A stretch of DNA of 64,000 nucleotides from Octopus vulgaris (Eukaryota). The notes under the pieces are model-generated. The model was not told the DNA's origin. It saw only the letters and a list, made by a program, of their open reading frames with translations, and ran no database searches. The position numbers and the translations under genes were made by a program. Shown one piece after another: positions 14,045 to 27,840 of this stretch. Numbering within the stretch: the stretch's first letter is position 1; each line of letters opens with the position of its first letter. The stretch is from NCBI GenBank assembly GCA_951406725.2, contig OX597818.1, forward strand, positions 1,736,001-1,800,000, written 5' to 3'.

Positions 14045-15145
14045 CCCTGGCGGCTCGACCTTTCAGAGACAGCTTTCTCTAGGCCCATTTCTGGGTGAGA
14101 TTGGCTACTCTGCTCTCCACCTCGCCCCAGTTCTTCTCCACCTGGGAGTCCGGACCAAACCAAACTCCGAGCAACTTAACGAGACCGTCTGTCCAGCGCC
14201 CCACCACGCTGTTGGACGGCATGGACTCGCCTCTCCAGGTGCCGAGTTGGAAGCCCACTGACTTCTCAGCGATAATTTTAGCTCCTGTTACCGCTTCATA
14301 TTCCTGCAGTGTTTCGCCAATTAGGTCTATATGCCTGTGGGTCGACACTATCACGGTGACATCATCAGCGTAAGCAGACACACTTCTCCTAGATTACGCG
14401 GGGCACCCCTCAAAGCCTCCAACTTCCGCAGTAATGGCTCAAGAGTCAGTACATACGGAAAGGAAGTGAGAGGGTACTCTTGACGGACCGAAAGCAAGAT
14501 ACTGAAAGGCTCCGACAGGTGACCATTCACCCGAACAACCGAGCAGATACTGCTGCATAAAGCAGCGATCCAACCGTGGAAAACTGGACCGAAACCGGCT
14601 GTCCCGAGGACAGCCGCCAAGTATTGATGGTCGACACTATCAAAAGCTCTAGATTGATCTAAATTGATCAGAGTCCAAACCATGCCACTTTCTCTATGAT
14701 GTAGCGCATAAGATGGAGGTTATCGTGAACACTCCTGGTTGGGATGGCGCAAGTTTGTGCCTCGCCAACCAGTTTGTCCACGACAAGCGCCAACCTCTTG
14801 GCTAACACCTTGGACAAAATTTTCAACTCTGCATTAAACAGTCCTTTCTCAGCATTGCCACTACCCTCGACATACAAAGTAGGAATTCTCCCATTTTGCT
14901 GCCAGCTGCAGTAGACGTTTGTTAAGAGACCCGCAAACAAATCTGGCACCGAAGTATAAAACCCGTAGGGCAGACCATCCAAACTCGGCGATCTATCTCT
15001 CATGCAACTCTTCATCGCTTCCTGTATTTCCGCGGCTGTTATCGGCCTTTCGCAGCACTTTGCCTCGCTCGTCGAGAGTTGTGGCAGGCCGTATAGGTGT
15101 GTGTGTCTGTGTGGGGGGTTCTTGGCATGTTTGTAGAACAGCAAC
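14045..15145 (-). mobile_element. Tx1-clade LINE ORF2 (RT) fragment
   Basis: SPSLDGLPYGFY, KILSKVLAKRL, LDQSRAFDSVDH, SVRQ, SAYADD, KLLGVWF, RKLSLKGRA. Confidence 0.9.
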
Positions 15146-15214
15146 TTGTTGTTTATATCATATATATATATATATGATATATATATGATATATATATATG
15201 ATATATATATGATA

Positions 15215-15281
<67 letters not shown>

Positions 15282-15387
15282 ATATATATATATATGATAT
15301 TAAAAAAGTACGGGAGACGACTTGTTCGACTAAAAACCTTTAAAGTGGTGCCTCAGCATTACCACAATCCAAAGACTGAAACAAGTA

Positions 15388-15437
<50 letters not shown>

Positions 15438-15828
15438 TTAAGTTTTCATATACATACATTCACATATTCAAACACACACTTACAAACACATAATAATGTG
15501 TGTATTCATATACAGACACACACATTCACATGCATGCACACACACATACTGAACCCTGTTTATATGTATGTGTGTGTGTATCTATGTATGTATGTATGGA
15601 TGGATGGGTGAATGGATGGATGGATGGATGGATGGATGGATGGATGGATGGATGGATGGAATATCACCATATACATGTATAAACGTATATATGCATTTTT
15701 ATTGCATTCAAAATGTTTTATTTCAGATATTTTGATGTCAAACATTTAAGTTTGAACTTTTAAAACAGTATGTAAATGAAAATGCAGAAAAGATATACAT
15801 ATGCTCGTGTGTATTAATGCATGTATAC

Positions 15829-15861
<33 letters not shown>

Positions 15862-15925
15862 TGTATGTATGTATGTATGTATGTATGTATGTATGTATGT
15901 ATGTATGTATGTATGCATATGTATG

Positions 15926-16001
15926 TATAATTTCAATAATAATAAAAGGGTAAAATTAATTAATTAATTAATTTTACCCTTTTATTATTATTGAAATTAT
16001 A
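15926..16001. repeat. Perfect 76 bp AT-rich palindrome
   Basis: 36 bp arms (tataatttcaataataataaaagggtaaaattaatt and its reverse complement) around a central aatt. Confidence 0.9.
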
Positions 16002-16183
16002 ATTTACTCCCTGATCGAAAACTGCAGTTTCTGCAGGATTACTCATAATACACACGTGGGTATTGAGGATAAATATGTGTTCACGTTCGGTTGTATATTT
16101 TTGGAAATGTGGTTGAATATCGGTTATGTGATGGCGCTTGATCGCGTACATATTTAATCCTAACACTCTCAAATTTTGAAACA

Positions 16184-16249
16184 CTGCGCTGAAGATGAGA
16201 AATAAGTAAGTAAATATAACTTTACTTTAATCTCGAAACGCGTATGTAG
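16184..16249 (+). ncRNA. Minimal type-I hammerhead ribozyme (Penelope-type)
   Basis: ctgcg CTGAAGA t gaga[loop]tctc GAAAC GC GTA tgtag; palindromic stem III ACGCGT. Confidence 0.75.
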
Positions 16250-16329
16250 CTAATCTGCGTCGTGTGGATTCGTTCTTTTTTCTTTTTTTCATTTTGCCTA
16301 CGTAAAAAGTGTGTTACTGTCTGTGAAAT

Positions 16330-16384
<55 letters not shown>

Positions 16385-16589
16385 TAATAATAATAATAAC
16401 AATAAGTTCACAGGGCATTTAACGCCTATTTCTAAATTCGGTACGTGGCGAAGCAATTAGCCGACCCCTGATTATAATTATGTTTATAATTATAGAATAT
16501 TAGGTATGTATATGTATGTAGCTATATGTGTGTGTGTGAGTATGTCTGTGTGTGTATGTATGTATATATATACATATATATATATATAC

Positions 16590-16656
<67 letters not shown>

Positions 16657-16661
16657 CACAC

Positions 16662-16695
<34 letters not shown>

Positions 16696-16989
16696 GTTTT
16701 TAAAAATAAACGGAGAAAAAGGACAAGAAAAATCAACAACACGTGGCAAAGTATTAATAAGACGCTCATCTTTATGTATACAATTAGAGGTTGTGTTAAA
16801 GTCATGACAGGACGGTTCCATCCAAGGAAATACTGGTTGAATACTTAATATTTTGGGGGAATTAATTTCCTTAGAATAATAGGTATATAAATAAAAACAT
16901 AAAGTTTATACTCATATAAAAGAAGATAAAAGAAAATGGAAATTGGGAATTTAATAATAGTTTATTCTTAACAACAAATCAAACATTGT

Positions 16990-17071
16990 CCCTTACAGCT
17001 GTTTCAATTAATACTCAATGAATCTAATAAAATATTAAATTTATATGACCTGAGCATATATCTTCAGCGGG
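16990..17071 (-). ncRNA. Minimal type-I hammerhead ribozyme
   Basis: cccg CTGAAGA ..tgctca[loop]tgagta.. GAAAC AGCT GTA aggg; palindrome ACAGCTGT. Confidence 0.65.
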
Positions 17072-17163
17072 TGGGGGTGAAATATGCCATTGGATGTTTT
17101 ATATGTGTTTATAGATTCCTTATAGCGAACTTTTATAAGTAAGTATATTTATATATGTGTATG

Positions 17164-17229
<66 letters not shown>

Positions 17230-17233
<4 letters not shown>

Positions 17234-18458
17234 GTCATCCCATAAGTTCTGTCCGAATTTTGAATAAAGAAAACAAGTGATCAAATATTATATTTAGTTG
17301 AAATTTAATCATCAATGTACTTTCACTGATTTCATTGACTTCATTCCCTCTATTTACAAACTTTTTATTTCCGTCAATGTAGAACTCTTTTGGTTTCAAA
17401 GCGAAGGATTCTGAAATGTCAGTTTCGACCTCCTCCTGGTTTGCGAAAGTTATGTCCCCCAAATGATTCTGTAAACTACGAAACAAATGATAGTCTGAAG
17501 GAGCAAGGTCGGAGAATAAGGTGGATGAGGAATGTTTTCCCAACCAAGCTCTTCGAGCTTCTGTGATGTGACCTTTGCAGTGTGGGGTCGCACATTGTCC
17601 TGATGAAACATCACTCCTTTTCGATTCACTAAAGCGGGTCTTTTTTTCTTCAAAGCTTGGTTCAAACGTTCTAATTGCTGACAGTAGACTTAAGCATTGA
17701 TTGTTGCATTAGGTGGTAACAATTCAAAGTGAATTACTCCTTTGCAATCCCACCAGATAGATAGAAGAACTTTTTTCCATGAAGCTCCCTTCTCGGTTGT
17801 GGTTGAGCTTCTTACTTTTTATCAAGCCACTGTTTACGACGTTAAACATTTCGATAGAAGATCCATTTTTCGTCACCAGTCACAAGTCTATCCAAAAAGG
17901 ATGAAATGTGTTCGCGAGAATGGAGAGAAGACCCATTTTCAAGTTTAGGAACCTTTCCACGTTGTTGAAGATGATGATGAACAGTTGTATGGTTTGAACT
18001 AAGCTTTATTGCCAATTCTTCAACTGATAATGCAGGATCTTCCTCATGTAATGCCTCAAGGAGCTTATCATCAAACTCACCTGGACGTCCTGTTCGATCT
18101 TCATCTTCAAGGCTGAAATCTCCACTTCTGAATTTTGCAAACAATCTTCTGCAAGTTCTTTCATTCAAGCATCCTTTCCCATAAACTGAGTGTATGTTTC
18201 GAGTCGCTTCGGCTGCAGAGTTTCCTTTTTGTACTCATAAAGCATTATGTGCCTCAAATGCTCTTTAGATACTTCCATGTTAGAAAGGGTTTTAATCAAA
18301 GAAATTTTAATTCGATTATTCTGTAAAATGATATTTAATTAGTTTAAATGTACACAAATGCATAAATATAATTTTTAATTCCATTAGACATTCTTAAATA
18401 CTATTAAATTTCATTCAATTTTAAAAATGGTAAAATCGGACAGAACTTATGAGAGGAC

Positions 18459-18462
<4 letters not shown>
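17230..18462 (-). mobile_element. Mariner (DD34D) transposon, near full length, decayed transposase
   Basis: TIRs tcaggtcatcccataagttctgtccg / cggacagaacttatgagaggacctga with TA flanks; LVTGDEKWIFY, FHQDNVRPH, DLAPSDYHLF. Confidence 0.95.
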
Positions 18463-18523
<61 letters not shown>

Positions 18524-18562
18524 AATTTAGGGTGAATACTTAGGGTAAATATATATATATGG

Positions 18563-18592
<30 letters not shown>

Positions 18593-18593
<1 letters not shown>

Positions 18594-19766
18594 CTCTTAT
18601 TATAAAAGGCAGATTTTATCTGCCTCCCTTTGTCAGTTATAGAAATCTACAATATAGGATTTCTTCAATTACAATTTACCTAGCATTTTTAAGAGTAGAA
18701 TGCATCGGGTTTTGCCAGGTCCAGTTTTTAAAATTCAAACTCCAATTAAGCAAAATTTACAGAAAACTCACATTCTGGTGTGTATGTCAAATGCTTTTCT
18801 TAGTCTGGTTTACAGCACACGCAAACGCACACACACAGTGTGCAACGAATAAAGTGAAACTAGATGTAATATTTGTTTCTGTCTATCACGCTGATAGATA
18901 CATGAGTAAAATGTATGGCAAGCTAACAGATAAGAGTGAGTGAAAATGTTCTTGGAAGAGAGTAAATAGCGACAGAGTGATTTGAGGAAGACTAAACTGA
19001 AAGTATGAAACAGTGTTTATATATAAACAGACGACACTTATATAAACCCTTTCGTTACCAAACCGCCCGAATTTACCTATTCATATTTAAATGAGAATAT
19101 CAGAGTAAATCTCTTTAGTATATTCGTGAAAATACGTATTATACTTCGTAAACACTTCAAATACAGTTTTGTACAAAAATCGAAGTGTAATTTTAATTCC
19201 GTGAATTATGGGAGATTTTTTTTCCGAAATTTGTTCCTATTGTGTTTTCAAATTTTGTAATTCTGACAAAAAATGGATACGAATTTTATTATATCAAGCA
19301 GCGAGTCAGAATTCGAAGGATTTTCTACTGAAGACCTTCATAAATCTAACTCTATGACTGAAAAAAAAAGCATCTTTATATAAGAGTGAAGTTGTGTGTC
19401 TGTCTCCTACGATTTAGATTCGTAACTACTCCCACATTTTGCGGTGCAGTTTAACCAAAAGTGGGTATCTTATAGTCATGATTCATATCGAGCCCTTCTG
19501 GGTATTAGCGCGCGTCTACGATGAGTCTACGATTTTTAAAAAATTTACCATCATATTTTTCCATTCTAATGCATTTTTTTCGCTTTTATATAAGGGAAGT
19601 AACTCTCTAAAAATATCTACGATGTGTCAACGATTTAAAAAAAAAATTACCTTAATTTTTTTTCAATTTTTAATGCATTTTTTGCTATTTTTTGGCTATA
19701 ACTCTCTAAAAATGCTTATATAGTTATTTCCCTTACAAACCCGAGCAACGCCGGGCGATACTGCTA

Positions 19767-19767
<1 letters not shown>
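18593..19767 (+). mobile_element. Non-autonomous composite Helitron
   Basis: Same 5' ~270 bp as the 10757 element, same hairpin plus CTAG 3' end, inserted in (TA)n. Confidence 0.92.
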
Positions 19768-19810
<43 letters not shown>

Positions 19811-19839
19811 GTAATTATGCATGTATGTATGTATAGATC

Positions 19840-19923
<84 letters not shown>

Positions 19924-21023
19924 TACAAATGTGTTCTTGTTTGCGCTCCGATATGTCGTCATTATTAATTTTTTGTTGGCCTTTTATATATCTTGGATGT
20001 ACCTGTACCTTTACCCTAATTTCACCTTTCCTCTCCATTTCTCTCTTGCTCTCTCTCTCTCTTTCCTTCTCACACACACACACACGCACATGCACACACA
20101 CGCACGCACACACACACACACACACACTCTTATAAACACACCTTCGGCAGTTTGTCGTATGTAGTTATGTTTGGTATTTTAGTCGTCCCAACTATGTAGT
20201 ATCACTTCTGGCGATATTTTAAAGTCACTGCTGCTTGCTGTCACTAAATCCTGTTGCTGCCCTCACTAATAAACGACGTGTGTGTATGGGTGTGCGTGTA
20301 CGTGTACGTTTGCGACCATGTGTGTGCGCGCGCACTTATGTCTGTATATGTATGTATATAAATTTGTATATATATATTATATACATATATATCATGTGTA
20401 TATATATATATGTATGTATGTACTGAGATGAGTTAGCAAAACTTTCTCTGTTGAAGTAAGTTTCCGACGTAATCTTGACACGGATGCATTTCCCTTAAAG
20501 CATTAAAAAAAAAGTGGAACATCTGCCGCCACCACCACCACCACCACCAGCACTGCATACCACCACCACCACTACTACTACTATTAATGCTGTTGCTACT
20601 GCTGCTGCTGCCACTGCTATTACTACTGTCACTACCACCATTACTGCTGCTACTGCTGCTATTGTAATCACGTTCTGAGTTGTTACATTTCGCTCTTAAA
20701 CGTAAACACAGCCATAACAACTGACAACACATGCATAATGAGATATTTCTTGTACAGATGGATTGTTTTCTTTCACTATAGCTCCACTTAGAAACTACCA
20801 TACTACTGAACTCTCTCTTCAATGACGACTTTCGTTCATTTATTGATTTTCGTGTAGTTAATTGCCTTTTGATATACGAATAAACATACAAATATACTAT
20901 CTGCTTACATATATATATACACACACAAAACATATATAAAGTTATAAACTACATACATGTGATAATATATGCGTATGCGCATGCATATGTAGATATATGC
21001 AAATACCTCCTGAAAATGTAGTC

Positions 21024-21064
<41 letters not shown>

Positions 21065-21535
21065 AGAGAGGCAAGTAGATTGGTCGTGTGTCGCATGCTG
21101 GCTCCAGTGTTGTAATGTTAGCCGCTATGCAGCTCCGTCAGGGAATTACCTTAGAAAGATGGCACAGACGAAATACACCAGGTAAAACCTCACTTGCTCG
21201 CCAAACAAATACAAAACGTTGAACAAGTGAAGTTTAGAGCTTTTAAAACTTAGTTCAAGTTTTTGTAGCGAAGACTCTACAGCGTATATTACTAAATTCT
21301 CCATACACAACTAAATCCTACACACACATATATACATACAAATACATACTTACATATATACATACTCATCATAAAGACAAAAATGTGCTATTTTACTCTT
21401 ATTTATTTCTACACTTTTACCTGCTTTTAGCTTACACAAAGACATACGTTCCTACGCGCGCGCGCACACGCGCACAAATTTATATATAATATTAACATAC
21501 ACACACATATATTAGGGGACAGGTTAAATGACAGG

Positions 21536-21680
21536 ATGAAGATGGATGGAAACTTGTACCGTTTACACAGGAAAGGACTTTACTGGTGTCACCGCAGCCC
21601 CCTCAAACTCCAATTGGGGCCAATCGTCCATGTGCTCCTTTTTTCTCTACTCGGAATTTTTCTTCCAAAAGTCACTGCAG
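21536..21680 (+). CDS. Candidate host first coding exon encoding a signal peptide
   Basis: MKMDG...GPIVHVLLFSLLGIFLPKVTA-G followed by a strong donor CAG|GTATGT in phase 1; not TE-like. Confidence 0.5.
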
Positions 21681-21696
21681 GTATGTCACGCTCCAT

Positions 21697-21735
<39 letters not shown>

Positions 21736-22302
21736 GAGTACTACTACTACTTATATGGTCTCACAGTTTCACGCACGCCATACACACACACTCGCACTTG
21801 ATAAGATTGTGGTTGCATTGAAAAGTCGATGTATTATAGCTTTAAGACAACTTAACTTGGAAACAGAGGGGAGGTAAAGGTGGTTAATTACAATGTTAAT
21901 TATAATATCAACAACATTTTGTTTAAATACTAACATTTGCTGGTAACTAAGTTCTTAAACTTCATAAATATATCGAAAAAAACTGTAGGTTAGATTTTAA
22001 AATATTTATAAAAATATACATTAATACAAATATAGAATTTAAATGTACATATCAATTTAAATACATAATAATTTAAATACATATGTTTATTTATATATTA
22101 TTTTCAATATATATATCAATACATATTCATTCAAATATATATTGATTTAAAATATGGATTGATCAAACTATTATTTTTTAAATATCTAATTATTATTCTA
22201 AATATTCATTTAAATATATATTATTCTCAAAAACATTAATTTAAATGCACACACACATATGGTGCTGCAGCATGACCCTAGCCGCATGGCTGAAACGAAT
22301 AA

Positions 22303-22348
<46 letters not shown>

Positions 22349-22430
22349 GGTCCCGGGTTGAGTCGGGGTTAACCACAGTAAATAAGGTACTCAATACATA
22401 GCAGAGTAAATTAATTTATTTTATAGAAGG

Positions 22431-22480
22431 AGCTTCTACAGGACTAGAACTGTTTCATTCAAAAGAAATCATCAGGAGCT
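22431..22480 (-). ncRNA. Hammerhead ribozyme motif
   Basis: agctc CTGATGA tttc-tttt-gaat GAA ACAG[ttctagtc]CTGT A gaagct. Confidence 0.6.
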
Positions 22481-22484
22481 TCCT

Positions 22485-22537
<53 letters not shown>

Positions 22538-22890
22538 CTTACAGTTATTCTTTTTTATTTTTAAATTTATTTACTTAGATAATGCAAAAATTGCACTATG
22601 TAAGTAAATGTGTGTGAATTTTAAAATCAAAGATTTGTTGCTTTTTTGTCAATCCTAACCGCACGAACTGATGATCTGTCCGTGACTACCCTGTCAATTT
22701 AGGGGCACGTCTAGAACCATGTTCTGTTTAAGTTTGTAGATTGTGAGTTCAGAAATATTTGGTTGCTGTTTCTTGGATACTTCCTTGGCTTTTATGCATT
22801 TTATGCATTTATTAAGATTTGTGTGGGTGAGTGCGTGTGTGTGTGTTCATTATATTCACATGTATATAACTGTATATGTATATATGTTTC

Positions 22891-22936
<46 letters not shown>

Positions 22937-23028
22937 TAATCCAAACAAGAAAACAAAAAGACAACAACGCAAGGATGTGGAACAAATAAAGTATTATTGG
23001 ACGCTCAGGAAAGAAGGGAAGAAGGAGG

Positions 23029-23063
23029 GTTTGACGTTTCGAGCGGAGCTCTTCGTCGGAAAC
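23029..23063 (-). ncRNA. Minimal hammerhead with U4C change, in a ~200 bp dispersed unit (22930-23130)
   Basis: gttt CCGACGA a gagc-tcc-gctc GAAAC GTC aaac; paralog at 37885. Confidence 0.65.
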
Positions 23064-23128
23064 ATAGGAGAAAGAAAGATCCCGAGACTGGAGGACAGAG
23101 GAAAAAAAAATTGCAGGTAGTATTCACG

Positions 23129-23173
<45 letters not shown>

Positions 23174-23204
23174 TATTGGTGAATTATTCATCTTTCTATT
23201 TCAC

Positions 23205-23247
<43 letters not shown>

Positions 23248-23485
23248 ATATAAATACAAATATAAACATATATTTATGTATACATGTGTGCGTGTGTGTA
23301 TGCATAACACACACACACATATATAAATATATGCTTTAATATTATCGAGAAGTATGTTATTGGTTATAGTGTATAAACAGTCAGAAGATTATCATCGGTT
23401 TCGCGTCAACTTTTGCAATTTGGCAATATAGACTACTCATCAGATAGGATATATATATATATATATATGTATATATGTTTGTATG

Positions 23486-23518
<33 letters not shown>

Positions 23519-23604
23519 GCATGTATGTATGTATGTTATATATATATATATATGTATGTATGTATGTGTGTATGTATGTATGTATGTATGTATGTATGTA
23601 TATA

Positions 23605-23975
23605 GGAGGAGGAGTGACTGTGTGGTAAGTAGCTTGCTTACCAACCACATGGTTCCGGGTTCAGTCCCACTTCGTGGCACCTTGGTCAAGTGTCTTCTAC
23701 TATAGCCTTGAGAGTGAAATTGGTAGACAGAAACTGAAATATGTGTGTGTGTGTCTGTGAGTATATATTTGTGCGTCTGTGATTGATCCCCACCTTCGCT
23801 TGACAACCGATGCTGGTGCGTTCATGTCCCCGTTACTTAGCGGTTCGGCAAAAAAAGACTGATAGAATAAGTACTAGGCTGACAATGAATAATTCCTGGG
23901 ATCGATTTGCTCGACTAAAACGCGGTGCTCCTGGTTGGCCGCAGTCAAATGACTGAAACAGATAAAAGAATAAAA
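23605..23975 (+). mobile_element. tRNA-derived SINE, second family
   Basis: Head 'ggagtgactgtgtggtaagtagcttgc..ggttcagtccc', 3' end 'gcagtcaaatgactgaaac'; several copies in the window. Confidence 0.85.
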
Positions 23976-23994
23976 GAGTAAAAGAATATATATA

Positions 23995-24052
<58 letters not shown>

Positions 24053-24399
24053 TATACATTGAAACACATATGTATGTATATTGATAAATACATATTCACG
24101 CTTATTTAACGAAGTGCTTTTATCAGAATATTACTAGAATAGAAATCGTATATTTAAAATTATTAAGCCTTGTGATCTCGTCTTTGGTCTCACTTTTCCT
24201 GAAATAATAGCTAATTTGCAGACACCCGACAGTATAAGAGACGAAATGTTAAAGCGTGCAGTTGTAGCTTTCATACATTTTACACATGAGGGACGTGCGG
24301 AGAGGTCTTGCCTGTTTGGAAAAGAATTACTCTGAATTTGAACTTAACGTCATACCATATCATCTCTTCCTATTCCATCTACAACTTATATTATGGTTT

Positions 24400-24630
24400 T
24401 CTATGATAATTAAAACAGAATAGTTAGAGCATCGGACAAATTACAACAGTTTCCGGTTTTCCTCCAGCTATGTACGTTCAGAGTTCAAATTCTGCCGAAG
24501 TCAACTTCACGTGTCATGTCTTTCTTCGCGTTTTGAAAAAATCGAAATACTATTAAAGTACTGGGGTCGATATAATTTACTGTCTTTACTCTCAAATTTA
24601 CTAGCCTTGTGTTTCATGTAGAAATTGTTA
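24400..24630 (+). mobile_element. Degenerate Meta-like SINE
   Basis: 'gagttcaaattctgccgaagtcaactt', 'gtactggggtcgatataat'. Confidence 0.6.
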
Positions 24631-24646
24631 TTATGAGATCACTTAT

Positions 24647-25045
24647 ATTTATTTCTTTATTGCCAACAGGGGGCTAAACATAGAGGGGAGAAACAAAGAC
24701 AAACAAACGGATTAAGTCGATTACATCAACCCAGTGCGTAACTGGTACTTATTTAATCGACCCTCAAAAGGATGAAAGGCAAAGTCGACCTCGGCAGAAT
24801 TTGAACTCAGAACGTAACGGCAGACGAAATACCTATTTCTTTATTACCCACAAAGGGCTAAACACAGAGAGGACAAACAAGGACAGACAAACGGATTAAG
24901 TCGATTATATCGACACCAGTGCGTAATTGGTACTTATTTAATCGACCCCGAAAGGATGAAGGGCAAAGTCGACCTCGGCGGAATTTGAACTCAGAATGTA
25001 ACGGCAGACGAAATACCGCTAAGCATTTCGCCCGGCATCCTAACG
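24647..25045 (-). mobile_element. Two tandem Meta-like SINE copies
   Basis: Duplicated 'ggattaagtcgatta..aaggatgaaaggcaaagtcgacctcggc..gaatttgaactcag'. Confidence 0.85.
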
Positions 25046-25135
25046 AGATCACATATATTGTGGGTTCGATAATGTATTCAAACGATGTTTTATTGATCCC
25101 AGGATAGCTAATTTGAGCTCAACTCTCCTTCAGAG

Positions 25136-25395
25136 CAGTGTTTCTCAACCATTTTTTTTACCTATGGAACACTTTGATTCCTATTTTACTCAGGTGGACC
25201 CTGTAATATTTTTTTAAATTAAATATTATTAGGAATTATATAAAAAAAAATTGTTAAAATATCTTATGTATGATAGAAATATAACCAATTTATTGCACAT
25301 TTATGTGAACAAACGTAAAGTTAGAATTAGTCAACAACAAACTCTTACATGGACCCACAGGGGTCAAATAGAATCCCAAGATTTGAGAACCACTG
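25136..25395. mobile_element. hAT (Charlie-like) MITE
   Basis: TIRs cagtgtttctcaa / ttgagaaccactg; the 8 bp flanks are only partly similar. Confidence 0.7.
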
Positions 25396-26224
25396 TATTA
25401 GACGAATATGAAGAAAGTGTATAGATGGTGGAAGGCACAAGTTTGAATAAGGTAATCATGAAGTAGAATGAATAAGTTATAAATTATAGATGAAGGAATG
25501 CATAAATGAAGTAGGAAATAGATGAAATAGAATATAGAATATAGATTAAATAAGGCACAAACGAAATAAGGTAGTGTAAATGTAAGAAGGTACGAGGGAT
25601 ATAAGGTGTTAGTAAAATATAGCAAAGATGAAATAAAGTGTTGACGGAAACTACTTTTTGGTGTTAGCTGGTTTGAAACTTATGTTGTTGCAGTTGGTGC
25701 CATTGTCGTTGTTTAACCACATTTCAACCTTCATTACACAAACATATCTAAAGACATTCTATCCGTGACTAAGCTATGCATTATAATATTATTAAGGAAT
25801 TATGTATACCGGAATACAATATTTAACGAGATACATTTTCTAGTTAGTAGAAAGAGATTTGGGGGAGATTTAGCTGCTACTTCTTTTTGTTTGTTCACGT
25901 AAAAATATTAATAGGTGTAAGATTTTTAAGAAACGTTGAGTAGTGGATGTAGTGGTCTTCATGGCTTCCCTAAAATGCAATTGTTACAAGTTCCTACATT
26001 CCCTTGTCCTCCCACGTGATTCGTTGCCCCAACGAAAATAACTGGGGTGCTGGGGTTAAGGTAAACCTTTATTTCACTCACTATTGTCCCCGTAGATGAG
26101 GATGTGAAGTGGACAGTGGCGCAATTTCAACAAAGACATTTCAGGAGCCAAACAGTAGGACGACGCCTTTCCTGCTACTTTACCATCACCGCCGTTCAGT
26201 GATACTCGACGACTGCAGCTCCAT

Positions 26225-26420
26225 ACGATAAATAGATCAGCTAGAAATAGCAGCCATATCATTTTCCGTTCAAACACTAATGATTTAAATAAAGGCACAT
26301 TGGATAATGTAATCCCCGGCAGATATACTAAGTTTAAGAGAAATTTCGTGATGGTCACGGCCGGAACGGTTTTGATCACATGTCTGTTTAATACCGATTG
26401 GTCAAGGACTAAACGTCCAA
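26225..26420 (+). repeat. Old dispersed repeat (related pieces near 470-640, 2170-2300, 2880-3060, 53560-53700)
   Basis: Shared 'gctagaaatagcagcc..cattggataatgt..atggtcacggc.ggaa..tttgatca..tctg' motifs. Confidence 0.55.
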
Positions 26421-26483
26421 AGTACATTTAAAGTGTGTAGTTTTTAATAAAGTTTTCTTTATCCAAAGAAATTATAATAGATA

Positions 26484-26517
<34 letters not shown>

Positions 26518-26552
26518 GATAGATATAGATATAGATATATACATATATATAT

Positions 26553-26621
<69 letters not shown>

Positions 26622-26808
26622 CATACATATATATATACTTCAGTGGTACAGAAGTATTTTTTGACTTCTATCATTAGCGATATAGGTACTCATGTAGTAC
26701 CCTTGTGTATATATGTACATATCTAATATTGTATGTATATATTTTATTAATTTGCCTGTACTGCTGATAATTCGCTTACCACTTGTGATGGTATTTTAAT
26801 AATACCAT

Positions 26809-26900
<92 letters not shown>

Positions 26901-26913
26901 ATGTATATATATG

Positions 26914-26955
<42 letters not shown>

Positions 26956-27020
26956 AATACAGAGACGGACAGACAGACAGATACATACGTACATACAAAC
27001 ACACAGACACGCATACACAT

Positions 27021-27062
<42 letters not shown>

Positions 27063-27569
27063 GTATACGCACACACATAGGTAAATGATAGGAAATGGAA
27101 TGAACAACATTATTAAAAATTCACTACAAATGTTTCGACACATATTTACACCTGTATTCAAACGATGTTTCATTGATCTCATGATAGCTAATTGAACTCA
27201 ACTCTCCTTCAGAGCAGTGTTTCTTAATGCACTTCATCGGGTGATTGTTTGAATGCCCTTCATTAGGTCCTACCGTCATTTTACACAGTGTAAGAATGCA
27301 TACCCAAAGTGATGTGTCATTTTCAGCAGTTTACAGACAAAACTAAACCCATAGTGACAGACAAAATACAATTATAATAAAAATAGAAAATACAGAAATA
27401 AAGAAATAGCCAAAAAGAAGGGTTAAACAGGTGTTAGGTAGACTATAAATTGAAATATTATCTTCATGGTCAGATATTAAAGAACAAAGGGCTAAACAGG
27501 ATGAAGAATAAAATGCTTTATTTTAAATTTAATTTCATTCTTAAATTTGTTCTTCATGTGTATATTAAG

Positions 27570-27624
<55 letters not shown>

Positions 27625-27632
<8 letters not shown>

Positions 27633-27840
27633 AAATACAATATAAAATAAAATAAAAATGAACGAAAAACATCCGGACAACTAGGTGATACAAAAAGGGA
27701 CAACAAAACATCCAGATAGACGATACAAAAAAGCAGGGACGGGCCATTCGAAGCCTTTTATCTTCAGTCAAGAACCAGATCATCCTCGCAATTTCGGCTG
27801 ATTAATCTTGAGATTGCTCCAATCTGGCCAAGGAAAATTA
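27625..27840. repeat. Dispersed unit (paralog at 31325-31500), possibly a Penelope-type terminus
   Basis: Near-identical 'gacgatacaaaaaa..cattcgaagcc..tcttcagt..gatcatcctcgcaatttcggctgattaatcttgag', adjacent to (TA)n. Confidence 0.6.

Noticed and set aside
21145-21186. ttacct..GAAA..aggtaa hammerhead-like frame
   Set aside because: Core, stem II and the UH site all fail
26096-26200. Possible phase-1 second exon after ccccgtag
   Set aside because: Weak donor, early stop and no recognisable protein similarity
27735-27770. CUGAAGA..GAAU motif on the minus strand (also near 31390-31420)
   Set aside because: GAAA is replaced by GAAU and no convincing stem I is present; not counted as a ribozyme
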